Source: Cyclobacteriaceae bacterium (GTDB taxonomy: Bacteria > Bacteroidota > Bacteroidia > Cytophagales > Cyclobacteriaceae). From it: DNA of 64,000 nt. The notes under the pieces were generated by a model. That model made no database searches. It was not told the DNA's origin and saw only the letters and a program-made list of their open reading frames with translations. The first letter of the stretch is position 1. Each line of letters starts with the position of its first letter. Below are positions 11,105-21,952 of this stretch, piece after piece. The position numbers were made by a program, and so were the translations under genes. The stretch lies in assembly GCA_012033595.1 (NCBI GenBank), contig JAAUQL010000012.1:7208-71207 (forward strand), read 5' to 3'.

Positions 11105-12726
11105 CTATTTATTGAACACAAAAACAGACACACTTTTGGACGGAACCAATATCGTCGTTTTGTCAGAAGCTCCGGTCAGCTGTATGGTTTCTATGTTGGC
11201 ATATGCGCTCATTGCTCCTTTGCTTCGGTCAGAGAGTAAAAAATGCGTATAATCTCCCCGGACTCTTTCCGGAAAAACGACAGCTAATGCTACGTCTTCA
11301 TCAAATGATCTGTTTACCACATGCACATAATATGCGGCCTCATCTGCAGTAACCACCACATCTTGCTCGGCTACTTTCGCCGAAGGTGAAATGCCGCTCA
11401 GGGTCAGTGGCTGCTGGTAGAAACGTGCATTGGCAACTTCCATTTTCATCAGTTGATTACCATGGTTCCTGCTGTACAATCCCGTTACCATGCCGGTAGG
11501 ATACATGGTGGCCGTTTTTTGTTCGGTGGTGTCCACCCTAATGGAAGTAATGCCCCAGCCAGTACCGACCAACATAGATTGGTTGGCAATGCGCACTTTG
11601 TCAGATACACGCAGTATGGCATTCAAATAGCTCCCCGCTCCTATGCCATAAGCTAAAAATTCATTATATGGCCGGGCAGCTTTTGCCTCACCCTGAAACC
11701 AACAATTCAGGTTCCATTCCGTCATGGCCAGAGGCGGCTCAACATGATCGAGCACCCAATCCTCAATTATTGACAATCCGCTTTCTTCATCTATTTTGGG
11801 CGCGGCAGCCAAACCCTGCCAAACGGCCTTGGCAGATACGCTATCTGCCAACACGGTGCTATCTCCCATCTTTATTTGCGAGATACCCCAGGGCGAATAG
11901 GAATGGAAAGTGGTATAACTGACTAAATCTCTGTTGCTTTTTAATATTTCCTCGTTTATCTCCCCCACCCCGTCAATGATCAGCTGTATTGAAGGGTCAG
12001 CGGCCTTCATGGCTTTGGCGTAGGCCAATACACAGGCTGCATAGTGGTCTTTCAATTCAGTAGATCTTTCATTTTTTCTAAACTGATCGAATAGCCATGT
12101 TTCGTTGCCTATTTGGAAATACCTGATATTGAACGGCTCGGCACTTCCATTGGCAGCCCGCAATTCCGCCCATTTACCATCGCTGGCATTACAGTAGTTT
12201 ACCAAATCTGCACCCAATTCTTGTGCGGCTTGTTCTATGGGAATTTTTTTATAAAATGCGTCCCCGAGATTGGTCACAAAAAGCGGGGCAATGTCCAGCT
12301 CCTTGCACAAGGCGACAAACTCGTGCAGCCCCGTTCGACCATCTGAATTTACCACATCTTTTCTGTTAAGATCCTTATAATGCAAATTGCGTGGCCTTTG
12401 GCTGTGTTTGCCGGGCATACTGTCTATCAGGTTGTACCAGGGATAATAATCGATGGCCGTACCACCGGGGAAACGCAATATGGGTATATTCATCCAATCC
12501 ATATATTCCCGTACCTCCGGTATCACTTTGCCTGTGTTCATCGAAATGGCCGCATCGCTGCCAATCTCTCCATTCCAGGTGGCTTTTTCAAAAAAACCTC
12601 CAAAGAGCCGATCATCTACCGGGTTGAGCACTTCGCCGGTAATGGTATAAGTAGGCAGGTTTTTCTGCTGGCTGCAAGTCGCTAAAAAAAATCACAATTG
12701 CCAATAGGGCTAAAAATATTTTTCAT
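11105..12726 (-). CDS. GH51-like alpha-L-arabinofuranosidase (clan GH-A), N-terminal signal peptide disrupted by homopolymer indels
   Basis: The 508-aa ORF 11105..12631 has YFQIGNETW (acid/base Glu context) and LAMTEWN (nucleophile context). Upstream, an ATG at 12726 plus frame corrections in A-runs 12684-12691 and 12712-12716 yields the lipoprotein leader MKNI(F)LALLAIVIF(F)LATCSQQKNLPTYTITGEVLNPVDD. Confidence 0.65.
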
Positions 12727-12761
12727 TTTATTAATACATTTAAAAGTGAAGCCTCAGGATG

Positions 12762-13844
12762 TTAAAAATCAAGAATTGCATGAAAAGCAGGTTTGGGATT
12801 GAATTGTTGGTCGAAAAGCAATGGATAGTCGGTTCTACCTTTCACAAAATAATGGCTCAACCATGATTTGTCATCGGCGACACCCCAAAAAGTGACCGTT
12901 GTAATTTTATCCTTTTTATCCCTCAAGACTTCAAATACCTCCCGGTATTTTTCAGCTTGTTTCTGAGCCAGCTCGGGCGTGAATTCGATGACCTGCTTTG
13001 GCAGCTCTTCCTGTGGTAGATTGTGATAAAAAGGATAAACTGATATATCTAATTCTGTGATTTGAACCTCCAGCCCGAGGGAGGCAAAAAGGTCGATGGC
13101 CTGCGCAAGATTTTCTTTATTGACATCTTCCAATGTCCAATGTCCCTGCATGCCAAGTCCGTGTATTGGCGTGCCCTTATCGAGTAGCTCCTTTAGCACC
13201 CTATAGGTCTTGTCCCGCTTTACGGGGTCTATCAGGTTATAATCATTATAAAAAAGCTTAATCTCCGGATCGGCCTCATGAGCATATCTAAAGGCCATTT
13301 CGATATAGTCAGGTCCACATATCTTGTACCAGTCAATATTGTCGCGGTAGAGATGTGCAGTATCTTCGCTATTGGAAACGGCCTCATTTACCACATCCCA
13401 ACAATATACTTTGCCGCGATAATGGTCCAATACCGTGTGGATATAATTCTGCATCCGGTCGAGCATAGCGTCTTTGGTCAGGTATGCTCCCTGCTCATCG
13501 CGGTAAAACCAGCCATGGGTTTGGTTGTACCATACCAAGGTGTGACCCCTCACCACCATGTCATTGGTCTGAGCAAAATCAACGATCCGATCGCCAGCCT
13601 CGAAGGTGTACTCCCCGTCTTTGCTGAGGCTTGGCTTGGGTTTCATATCGTTTTCGGCTGTAATGCTGTTGAAGTGTGCCTTGAGCAACACCGTATCATA
13701 ATCGCTAAGGTGCGACTTGCCGATGGCCGCGCCAATTCGGAAATAGTCTTTGTATTTACTGGCCAGACTTTCAGTTTTTGGCGGAGCTTCGTTGCATTGC
13801 CACAGTAAAAATGAGCAAAAAATTATCGACAAAAATCTCATCAC
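12762..13844 (-). CDS. endo-1,4-beta-xylanase, glycoside hydrolase family 10
   Basis: 360 aa with a signal/lipobox (FLLWQCNE). GH10 signatures are present: FNSITAENDMKP, WDVVNEAV (acid/base Glu) and QITELDIS (nucleophile Glu). Confidence 0.9.
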   Translation of the reverse strand: MMRFLSIIFCSFLLWQCNEAPPKTESLASKYKDYFRIGAAIGKSHLSDYDTVLLKAHFNSITAENDMKPKPSLSKDGEYTFEAGDRIVDFAQTNDMVVRGHTLVWYNQTHGWFYRDEQGAYLTKDAMLDRMQNYIHTVLDHYRGKVYCWDVVNEAVSNSEDTAHLYRDNIDWYKICGPDYIEMAFRYAHEADPEIKLFYNDYNLIDPVKRDKTYRVLKELLDKGTPIHGLGMQGHWTLEDVNKENLAQAIDLFASLGLEVQITELDISVYPFYHNLPQEELPKQVIEFTPELAQKQAEKYREVFEVLRDKKDKITTVTFWGVADDKSWLSHYFVKGRTDYPLLFDQQFNPKPAFHAILDF

Positions 13845-14057
13845 GTTAGGGTTTTCGTTTAGAATATGTAAAAGAAGGAGGCTAAAAAATACGAATTGAT
13901 TTTAGCACTTATGGTGCTAAAGATACATCTAAAATCTAAAAGAATAAAAAGTACTCCAAAGTACCGCCCTTACATATTTTTTAGGATAAAAAGACCATAA
14001 AGCGCCATTTAACCCTATGGGATGCCTCCAAACCTGTCAGGTACTCTGCGAAGATGA

Positions 14058-15704
14058 TTATAATTTTACCAGCTTCTTGCTTTGGGTCAATGCTCCGTTT
14101 TCTAAGCGATACAGATAGGTGCCACTTTTCAAATGTTGCAGATTGTAGGTGATATGGTGTAGCCCTGCCTTTCTAAATTCATCGAGCACTGTAGCGACCG
14201 ATCGTCCTTGCACATCGAGCAATTCAATTTTCACCTTGCCGTCTGTGTTCATTCTAAAAGCAAACACTGTCTTGTCTGCTACAGGATTGGGGTAGCAATC
14301 GTCCAGAAAATTTCGCTGCGCAAAAAAACCTTCATTCGTACCGGTAATGCCATTGCCCACAATAGGTAGCCTTGAATCTACCCAATCAGACAGTAGTGTT
14401 GCCTCTACCGCTTCTGCATCGGCCTGGAGCCAATCTACCACAGCCGAGGTAAATACCTGTCTGTAGTCGAATTGATGAATCAGGTTTCCCCTGTTCAAAT
14501 TATTAAGATCGGGATTGGTGCCGGTGACGCCCGGTTGAACCATTTTGCCAAATACAAACATCGGAGCCGCAGTGCCATGGTCGCTGCCGTAGCTGCCATT
14601 GGAAAAAGCCCTCCGCCCAAATTCCGAAAAGGTCATGGACATAACCCGGTCTTCGAGGCCCAGCCCCTTGAGATCGTCCTGAAATGCCTTCATGGCTGAC
14701 GAGATGTGGTAAAGCAATGCCGCATGGGTGCCCATGGTGGCATCGTAAGACTCCACCTGCTCGGCATGGGTATCGAAGCCTCCCAATCTGGCGAGGAAAA
14801 TCTTGGTTTTGACACCACCACTGAGCAGGCGGGCAATCATTTTCAGTTGTGGGGCAAGCCTGTTTTTGATCCTGCCCGGAGGAGCGTTAAATGGATAAAG
14901 ATCGGGATATTCCACATCCTGACTGTTGCTTCCCTTTTCATATACCTCTTTGAGCCGACCCGCAAACTGATTCGATTTTTCCTCTATATCCATGATCCAC
15001 CGCAGCTCTTCGCCATAGTGGGTATTGGCGATAGACTCGGGAGGCAATCCGCCCACACTGCTTACCAAGTCATAAAACTGCTCCGGATTTTGGATAGATA
15101 TCGCTGTTGGAATTCCATTGTTGCGATGAAAAGCAAGTGACACCCCATTCCCAATCTCTATCGCCAAAGGATCGGGCATCTGGTCATTGGGATAGCTATC
15201 GGGATAGCCCGGGTATTCATGGTCGAGGTACCTGCCCATCCAGCCCGAAGGCAGGTATTCATTGTAGTCGCCACCCATAAACCAGATATCCCGGCTTCTG
15301 AAATGCGAACCATTCACATTTTCGTAAGCTACATTCTGAACTATATTCATTTTGCCCTGGTCATACAATGCCTTCATGTGCGTAAGATCCGGATGGAGCC
15401 CTGCCTGGTCGGCAGCTGAAAGGGACGAATCGAGGTCGATGTATTTTCTTTTCCCCTTGTCGGGAATGGCCAGGTTTGGCCTCAGATTATAATATTCCGC
15501 ATATTGCTCTATGGGAATGACGGTGTTAAGGCCATCGTTGCCCCCATGCAGTTGTATGAGGATGAGTACCCTGTCATTGTTGCTCGATGCGGCCAGCCGG
15601 TGCAAAGGCGCAGCCTGTGCCAGGGCGCTCAAAGGCAAACTGTTCAACATGAACGATGATCCGGCCGCTAAGGGCAATTTTTTTAAAAATCCTCTTCTTC
15701 TCAT
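14058..15704 (-). CDS. DUF1501 (sulfatase-fold) protein with a Tat signal and a C-terminal T9SS type A sorting domain
   Basis: The N-terminus MRRRGFLKKLPLAAGSS is a twin-arginine motif (RRxFLK). The DUF1501-typical motifs GGFDTH and SEFGR are present. The last ~80 aa (CYPNPVADKTVFAFRM...GTYLYRLENGALTQSKKLVKL) match the Por secretion tail pattern. Confidence 0.8.
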   Translation of the reverse strand: MRRRGFLKKLPLAAGSSFMLNSLPLSALAQAAPLHRLAASSNNDRVLILIQLHGGNDGLNTVIPIEQYAEYYNLRPNLAIPDKGKRKYIDLDSSLSAADQAGLHPDLTHMKALYDQGKMNIVQNVAYENVNGSHFRSRDIWFMGGDYNEYLPSGWMGRYLDHEYPGYPDSYPNDQMPDPLAIEIGNGVSLAFHRNNGIPTAISIQNPEQFYDLVSSVGGLPPESIANTHYGEELRWIMDIEEKSNQFAGRLKEVYEKGSNSQDVEYPDLYPFNAPPGRIKNRLAPQLKMIARLLSGGVKTKIFLARLGGFDTHAEQVESYDATMGTHAALLYHISSAMKAFQDDLKGLGLEDRVMSMTFSEFGRRAFSNGSYGSDHGTAAPMFVFGKMVQPGVTGTNPDLNNLNRGNLIHQFDYRQVFTSAVVDWLQADAEAVEATLLSDWVDSRLPIVGNGITGTNEGFFAQRNFLDDCYPNPVADKTVFAFRMNTDGKVKIELLDVQGRSVATVLDEFRKAGLHHITYNLQHLKSGTYLYRLENGALTQSKKLVKL

Positions 15705-15714
15705 GTCCTTTTGG

Positions 15715-17351
15715 TTAAAACAATTGGTATTCGGGAGATTGCATCATGGTATTGATCAGGTTTTCGAGATGAAAAACCACCTGAAAATCTTCCCCATCTA
15801 TAATGGTGGCTACCCAGTCTGCCTCATCTACATCTATGAGCAGGGTAGATTTGAAATAATCAAAACGCTCGGTGGTGATGGCCTCAGGCAGCAGATATTC
15901 GACAAAAAAAGTAACTATGGCCTGGGGCGAATTGAGGTCTATTCCTTCATCGCGGCAATAGTCCAATATATCGAGTTTATAGAGCAGCACATCATTTTCG
16001 TCTTTCTCTCCCAGCAGCAGGTTTGTGGAAATCTGGTATCTGCGCGCCAGGTTGTTCACGGTTATCCAATTTCGGTTATACGCCGGTTCCTGATAGTAGG
16101 CTTCGTAACCGGCCACATCATATGGTTCATAAAAGTCAAGACCCTGATTTTGAATTTTGTTGAAAAGTAAGTCTTGATAGACGGCATAAAAACGGCTCAA
16201 ATCGCTTTGCTGGTCGGGCAGGGAAACATTGAAAAATCGGAAAGCACCCAGCACCACCTCCAAGGGTGATTTAATAATCCCCCCCCTGTTATCATCTGTT
16301 TCCGTGCCATTGTCTGCATCAAAAAAGTGCTGGCTCGACAGCAATTGCTCCAGCACCGGTAGCAGTTCATATTCGGCTCCCATAAAGGTTTGGGCAAGTG
16401 GCCTTATAATATCGTTTTCTATTTCCGGAGTGATATCGTAATACACAAAATACCGGTACAATCTTCGGCAAATATACCTGGCTGTAGCCTCCTGCATAAA
16501 TATCATGTTCACCAACTGATCGAGCTCATCCAGTGCGGCTTCTTTGCTGGCTTTGTCACCTATCAATTCGATGGGCTGTATCGTGGTATTTTGAAAGTGC
16601 GGACTGAATTGTTTTATTGATGCATCGTGGTTGCTGGCTACGTTGCCCGTTCCTCTTATCACGCCCATGGCCACTCCGGTATCCGGATCGATATTGGAAT
16701 AATCAGGATCTGTATTGTAGCCCGATAGTACCTTGGACGATTCGATAATATCCTGCTCTGTATAGTTAGAATAGTCGTCGTCACTTATCTGATCTCCCTT
16801 TCCGATGGTAAAAAGTTCGAAATATTCACGCGCAAAGTTTTCGTTGGGTCGGCCTACGTCGTTGAGTCTGCCATCGAGATGTATCAGCATGGCATTGTCA
16901 TAGCATATTTTTTTGCCAGTTCCTTGAAATTGCCCCTGGCATAATGTCTGAATAATTTCAACTGATAGTAAATCGCCTCGCCACTTTCAATTCTGGAGCC
17001 AATGGTGGTGAAATGCGTATGGAAAAACCACGCCATGCGGTCTATGATCGAATTGCCCGAAGTCATCATCAGATCGAGCCACCATGCAAAGGTCATCTTC
17101 ATCAATTCATTCCCCTCGCTATTGGCCTCTGTTCGTTTAGGGTTTACCCACGGCGCGCCGGTTTTCAGATCAAGAGGCGGGCTGGCTGCTGGTTTTTCTT
17201 CGAATACGACGGCCAGCGCTTGCGTGATATTGTAACCCGAAAATGTATCAATATCCGTGCGGGATGGTCCAAAAGTGGTTCGCCTTAGAAAATGAGCCGC
17301 ATTTTTTTTGCCTAATGGAGCAGATAAATCGATGGGGTTGAGAGATGGCAT
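15715..17351 (-). CDS. DUF1800 domain protein, split by one homopolymer indel
   Basis: ORFs 16884..17351 and 15715..16890. Adding one base to the T7 run at 16908-16914 gives ELAKKICYDNAMLIHLDGRLNDVGRPNENFAREYFELFTIGKG, the conserved DUF1800 core. It forms the classic gene pair with the downstream DUF1501. Confidence 0.8.
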
Positions 17352-17698
17352 AACAACAGATTGAATTGAGACGCGAAATAAAATATGGAAATAAAGGTTA
17401 AAAGTCAGGAAATAAAAGTTAAGTCAAGACGCAAACCCGCGCAATTTCTTACCTAAAAAGCTTTAGAGGTATTTGTCCTCTTGAACCATAGCTCCACTTA
17501 TCCAGACCGTTTATTAGAGTTTACTTATTTGTAAAGTGCCGGCAAAGGAAAGGATTTGCCTTGTTTTGTGGAAATAATAGCCAATTTAGCGCTTTTTCTT
17601 ACATTTATTCAATATTAATGAAACGATAGTTTTAATGTCATCGTTGAATTTGTTAATTTTGCCTTAACATTTAATTAACATTAAAAAATATAAAGCTT

Positions 17699-17830
17699 AT
17701 GAAAACGCAATATCAAAAGATGTACAAATATGGAATAGACGCTATGGTCTTTGGCAAAGCCAAGAAAAAAGACCACGTTATACTTTGGATCATGATCGGG
17801 ATTATATTCGTCCTGGGGTTGATGATCTAA
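17699..17830 (+). CDS. possible 43-aa single-pass membrane peptide
   Basis: Own reading: MKTQYQKMYKYGIDAMVFGKAKKKDHVILWIMIGIIFVLGLMI. It is below the ORF-track size cut-off, has a hydrophobic C-terminal helix and is followed directly by a strong hairpin. Confidence 0.3.
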   Translation: MKTQYQKMYKYGIDAMVFGKAKKKDHVILWIMIGIIFVLGLMI

Positions 17831-17838
17831 AACTTAGG

Positions 17839-17863
17839 GCATCCCGAACCTGCTTCGGGATGC
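17839..17863. terminator. bidirectional intrinsic terminator hairpin between convergent genes
   Basis: A perfect 10-bp stem GCATCCCGAA / TTCGGGATGC with a 5-nt loop. It sits between the small + strand ORF and the minus-strand gene that ends at 17888. Confidence 0.6.
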
Positions 17864-17887
17864 CGGATTCCCTTTTCAGGGAAAAAA

Positions 17888-18807
17888 TTAAAAATCATCT
17901 ACTTCCTTATAGGCTTCCACCAGCCGTTTTTCTCCTTCAATTCCCTCTTTCGAAATTCCATGCTCCATGCCCATGATAAACTCGGGGTTTTTATCGTGGA
18001 TGAACTTGAATACATTTTTATAATTTATTTCCCCCGTAGTTGGCTCTTTTCGACCCGGATTGTCACCGATTTGAAAATAGGCTATTTCGTCCCAGGTCAA
18101 TTCAATATTCTTAATAATATTGCCCTCGTTTTTTGCATGTGATAGATATCGTAAAGTATTTTGCACGAAGGGCTGTCAACAGCTTTGCAGATCATATAGG
18201 TTTGTTCAGAAGTGCGCAGGTATAGGTCGGGCGAATCTGAAAGTGGCTCCAAGACCATAATCAATCCGTGGGGCTCTAGTATTTCGGCTCCTCTTCGCAG
18301 CGCCTCAATCACATTGGCATCTTGTATTCCCAAGGGCAAATTGCGCTCGTAGCCCCCGGGTACTACGGTCATCCATTTTGCATTTACCCTTTTGGCAACT
18401 TCTACTGCTCTTCTACACCCATCCAGAAAAATATCAATATGTTCCTTTTTGCCGGCAGCCAGGGTATTTTCCATATTACCTCCTTTATCTACGACAAATA
18501 CCCCCATCTGCATATTGAGCCTGGTCATGGCTTCTGCTATTTTGTTTTGCATGCTGATGTCCCGACCCATCATGCCATTGTCTTCCAAAGCTGTAAAGCC
18601 CTGATCGGCCATGTAATTGAGCTGATCCAGGAGATTGTCGCCTGCGGAGTGTTTGAACATGCCAAAATGGGGGGCATATTTCAACTTGAATCCATCCTGT
18701 GTCTGCTTGGGGGTCTTTTTCGCTTGAGCCATCGCGGAGCCTAAGCCCATAGAGGCAGCCCCACCCATAAGGGCACTGTTTCTTATAAAATTTCTTCTTT
18801 CCATCAT
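17888..18807 (-). CDS. Tat-exported xylose isomerase-like TIM-barrel protein (sugar phosphate isomerase/epimerase or hydroxypyruvate isomerase family), split by one homopolymer indel
   Basis: ORFs 18097..18807 and 17888..18166. The N-terminus is MMERRNFIRNSALMGGAASMG (a Tat motif). Adding one base to the T6 run at 18129-18134 gives ILYDIYHMQKNEGNIIKNIELTWDEIAYFQIGDNPGRKEP. Confidence 0.75.
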
Positions 18808-18900
18808 TCAAAATTTTAGGTTTGGTACATATCAAAAAAACCCGGTGCTTATTCAGTTTTTGAATGGAGCACCGGGATTTCACAATTATTTGTGCATTAA

Positions 18901-20226
18901 TTAAAATACGATCGACTTACCGGGCATGGCTATCGGATAGAAACCATCCGGGCCAGGCATTACAGGAGGCTGATCATCCCATGAGTTGCTCGCCGGCATC
19001 AACTGAATCTGCGATGCCAGGGCATCTTCCATGTTAATTTCCAGTCCTGAGTAGGTAGCATACCGACCAAGAATGGAGGTCATGGTAGACATGGCCCCAT
19101 TGTGTAGATCGTTGATCACCTCTCCTTTGCGAATGGCGGCAAACAATTCATCATGCTCTACCTGATATGGGTTCGGATCATCAACGTTGCGGTGTTTGTA
19201 AATACTTCCGCCTTTGAGGTCTTCGATCACACCTGATGAATCGAAATTTGCCCTGCCTTTGGTGCCAATGATGGTTTCAGAAACCTTGTCCATACAACCT
19301 TTAATATGTCGGCATTGGCTGTTGAGAATAGTGCCATCTGCATATTTGAATTCAACATAGTGATGATCAAAAATTTCGCCGTGTTCGCGACCGGTGCGCA
19401 CCTGCCTTCCTCCCATTCCCTGGGCAGAAACAGGATATGCACCTTTAGCCCAGTTGAACACATCAATATTATGTACATGCTGCTCCACGATGTGATCGCC
19501 ACATAACCAATTGAAGTAGTACCAGTTGCGCATTTGGTATTCCATTTCAGAATATTCAGGTTTGCGCTCCCTCACCCATACTCCGGCACCATTCCAATAT
19601 ACCTGTCCGGAAAGCACATCGCCAATTGCGCCGTCGTGAATGCGCTTGATCACTTCACGATAGTTGGTCTGATAGTGTCTTTGCAATCCGACTACGATGT
19701 TGAGTTTTTTGCTTTCCGAAACCTTTACCAGTTCGAGGCATTTTCTGATTCCGGCTGCATCTGTACCCAGTGGTTTTTCACAAAACACGTGTTTGTTTTG
19801 ATTGATGCATTCTTCCAGGTGGTAAGGTCGGAAGCCTGGAGGAGCGGCCAGAATCACCACGTCGGCATCTTTAATGGCATCCTTATAGGCATCGAAACCA
19901 ACAAATTTTTGATCTTCATCCACCTTCACATTTTTCTTTCTGTCCTCGGCAAGCTCGGAGCTCATGATACTATTGAGGCTTCGGTCTATATTGTCTCGGA
20001 ATGCATCGGCCATGGCAATCAGTTGCACATCAGCGTCGGCGGTAAGCGCTTGAACAGCAGCTCCAGTACCTCTGCCACCGCAACCTACCAGCGCCAATTT
20101 CAATTTTTTAGCTTGTGGATTTACAAAGGCGCTTGCCCCAATGGGCAGTCCGGCCATCATTACACCACCTGTGGCCAGGGCAGTGCCTTTCATAAAATTC
20201 CTTCTGTCAATAAGTTTGTTTTTCAT
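18901..20226 (-). CDS. Tat-exported Gfo/Idh/MocA family oxidoreductase
   Basis: 441 aa. It has the Tat motif DRRNFMKGTALATGG and the Rossmann motif LALVGCGGRGTGA, with the EKP motif in FCEKPLG. Confidence 0.85.
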   Translation of the reverse strand: MKNKLIDRRNFMKGTALATGGVMMAGLPIGASAFVNPQAKKLKLALVGCGGRGTGAAVQALTADADVQLIAMADAFRDNIDRSLNSIMSSELAEDRKKNVKVDEDQKFVGFDAYKDAIKDADVVILAAPPGFRPYHLEECINQNKHVFCEKPLGTDAAGIRKCLELVKVSESKKLNIVVGLQRHYQTNYREVIKRIHDGAIGDVLSGQVYWNGAGVWVRERKPEYSEMEYQMRNWYYFNWLCGDHIVEQHVHNIDVFNWAKGAYPVSAQGMGGRQVRTGREHGEIFDHHYVEFKYADGTILNSQCRHIKGCMDKVSETIIGTKGRANFDSSGVIEDLKGGSIYKHRNVDDPNPYQVEHDELFAAIRKGEVINDLHNGAMSTMTSILGRYATYSGLEINMEDALASQIQLMPASNSWDDQPPVMPGPDGFYPIAMPGKSIVF

Positions 20227-20276
20227 TTCCGGTTTATGTTTATGTTCAAAAAAATAAAAGTCTATTTTGCTTCAAT

Positions 20277-21290
20277 TTACTCATCCAAAACCATTGAAAA
20301 AAATTCTTTGATTTGTTCTTTGGACATTTCTTTTGCTGGCCTAATCACCCTAAAACCCAAAAATGGAGCATCGGTATTCCACCAAAAGCTCTTTGGAATT
20401 TGCGGGTCTCTTTTTTGCCAGTCCCGGTTCGACATCAATCGTTCCGACGAACGCAATTTTTCCGGGTCGTCATTCCAGGATCCGCCCCGCACCGTACGCG
20501 GATGCAAATTATCCGGTCTTCTCCAAGGATTTACGACCCCATTTTCCAGGGTGGAATAGAAATCTGCTTGGTATTGATCCAAGGTCCATTCGGCTACATT
20601 GCCGTGCATATCGTACAATCCCCAGGGGTTTGGTTTTTTTCCGGCTACTTCGTGGTATTTGTCATCACTGTTGTCCCAATACCATGCATAGTCTTTCAGT
20701 TCACTTACATCATCGCCAAAAGAATAGGCAGTGCCGGTACCGGCTTTGCAGGCATATTCCCACTCTGCTTCTGTAGGTAGTCGGTAAAATTTGCCGGTCA
20801 CCTCAGATAGCCACTTGCAAAAGTTCAATGCGGCAAACTGGGTCATGGAAATGGCCGGATAGTTGATTTTGCCCATGCCAAAGCTGGGATCCAGATAGGG
20901 GGTACTGGGTCGGGTCACTGCATCGGCCTGGGTTTTGCTATCATCTGATCGATAACCAATAAGGGCGCTTTTTTCGGTATCGATAAACAGCTCAAACAAA
21001 TCCCAGGTGGCTTCGGTCTCCATCATCCAGAATGCTTCGATCTGCACTTTCTTTTGCGGACCTTCGTCTTCGTCTCTATTGGCTTGGCCTTCCGGGCTAC
21101 CCAACAAAAAATCGCCGGCCTGGATGGGTACCATATTAAACGTGACATCAGTTGATTCTATCTTTTCGAGGTATTTTTCAAAATTTCCGTCTTCACTGAT
21201 CTGCTCCGACCCTTTTTCGCTGCTGAAAGAAAGGCTGGTAAAGGCCATGGTTAATAAGGCCATGTAAAAAATAGTTTTTCGTTTTCCCAT
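20277..21290 (-). CDS. formylglycine-generating enzyme (SUMF1/FGE) family protein, secreted
   Basis: 337 aa with a signal peptide. FGE-fold motifs are present: YRLPTEAEWEYACKAG, GLYDMHGNVAEW, RGGSW and LGFRVIR. Confidence 0.8.
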   Translation of the reverse strand: MGKRKTIFYMALLTMAFTSLSFSSEKGSEQISEDGNFEKYLEKIESTDVTFNMVPIQAGDFLLGSPEGQANRDEDEGPQKKVQIEAFWMMETEATWDLFELFIDTEKSALIGYRSDDSKTQADAVTRPSTPYLDPSFGMGKINYPAISMTQFAALNFCKWLSEVTGKFYRLPTEAEWEYACKAGTGTAYSFGDDVSELKDYAWYWDNSDDKYHEVAGKKPNPWGLYDMHGNVAEWTLDQYQADFYSTLENGVVNPWRRPDNLHPRTVRGGSWNDDPEKLRSSERLMSNRDWQKRDPQIPKSFWWNTDAPFLGFRVIRPAKEMSKEQIKEFFSMVLDE

Positions 21291-21301
21291 ATTTATGATT
21301 C

Positions 21302-21904
21302 TTATTTTATTACGATTAATTCAAATTTGATTTCCACTTCCTCTCCGGTCTCAATTTGACCAAACATTGCCGATGGAGGCACCATGTCGTAGTCTTTCAT
21401 ATTGAGTTTGTAGCTGCCGCTAAAACTCATTTTATTGTCTTCAAGTAATTTGCCCTCAACCGGGAAACTGACTTCTTTGGTTTTGCCTGCGATGGTCAAT
21501 TTGCCTTTGCTCGTCACCGTAAATGCCTTGTCGCTACCGACAGTAATTGTGTTTTCGCCCAGGTCGAAAACAATCTCCGGGTGCTGTTCTGCTTTTAGTG
21601 CTTCGTAGGTTTTATTGTCCATGGTGGCTCCTCGTGCACTTATAATGCTTTTAACAGGCACAGTTACCTTCACATTTTTGATATCTTCTCCTTTTTTAAG
21701 CTTTCCTTTATTGATCAATTTATCACTGGTTTCTACATAACCTGTTATGGTTTTCACTTCACTTGTCCAGTCATGCAGCGTAGAAGTGCCAGCCACAGTC
21801 ATCGTTGACGCGTCTGAAATGGTGTACCTGGCCGTCTGCGCCTGTACGGACAGACTGAGCATGGTGATAAAAAAAACCAAAAGGAATAATCTGTAATTTT
21901 TCAT
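21302..21904 (-). CDS. YceI family periplasmic protein
   Basis: 200 aa with a signal peptide. It shows a YceI-like pattern (STLHDWTSEVK... KGKLTIAGKTKEVSFPV... IEFELIV). Confidence 0.7.
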   Translation of the reverse strand: MKNYRLFLLVFFITMLSLSVQAQTARYTISDASTMTVAGTSTLHDWTSEVKTITGYVETSDKLINKGKLKKGEDIKNVKVTVPVKSIISARGATMDNKTYEALKAEQHPEIVFDLGENTITVGSDKAFTVTSKGKLTIAGKTKEVSFPVEGKLLEDNKMSFSGSYKLNMKDYDMVPPSAMFGQIETGEEVEIKFELIVIK

Positions 21905-21952
21905 AATTGTAATTTTTTTTTTGAACCTCCAATCAATTAACAGGCCACAATG

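Noticed and set aside
16279-16286. A third C8/G8 tract, possibly related to the 35-nt G8 element.
   Set aside because: It lies in frame inside the DUF1800 coding sequence (NRGGIIKSP). Its flanks share no similarity with the repeated element.
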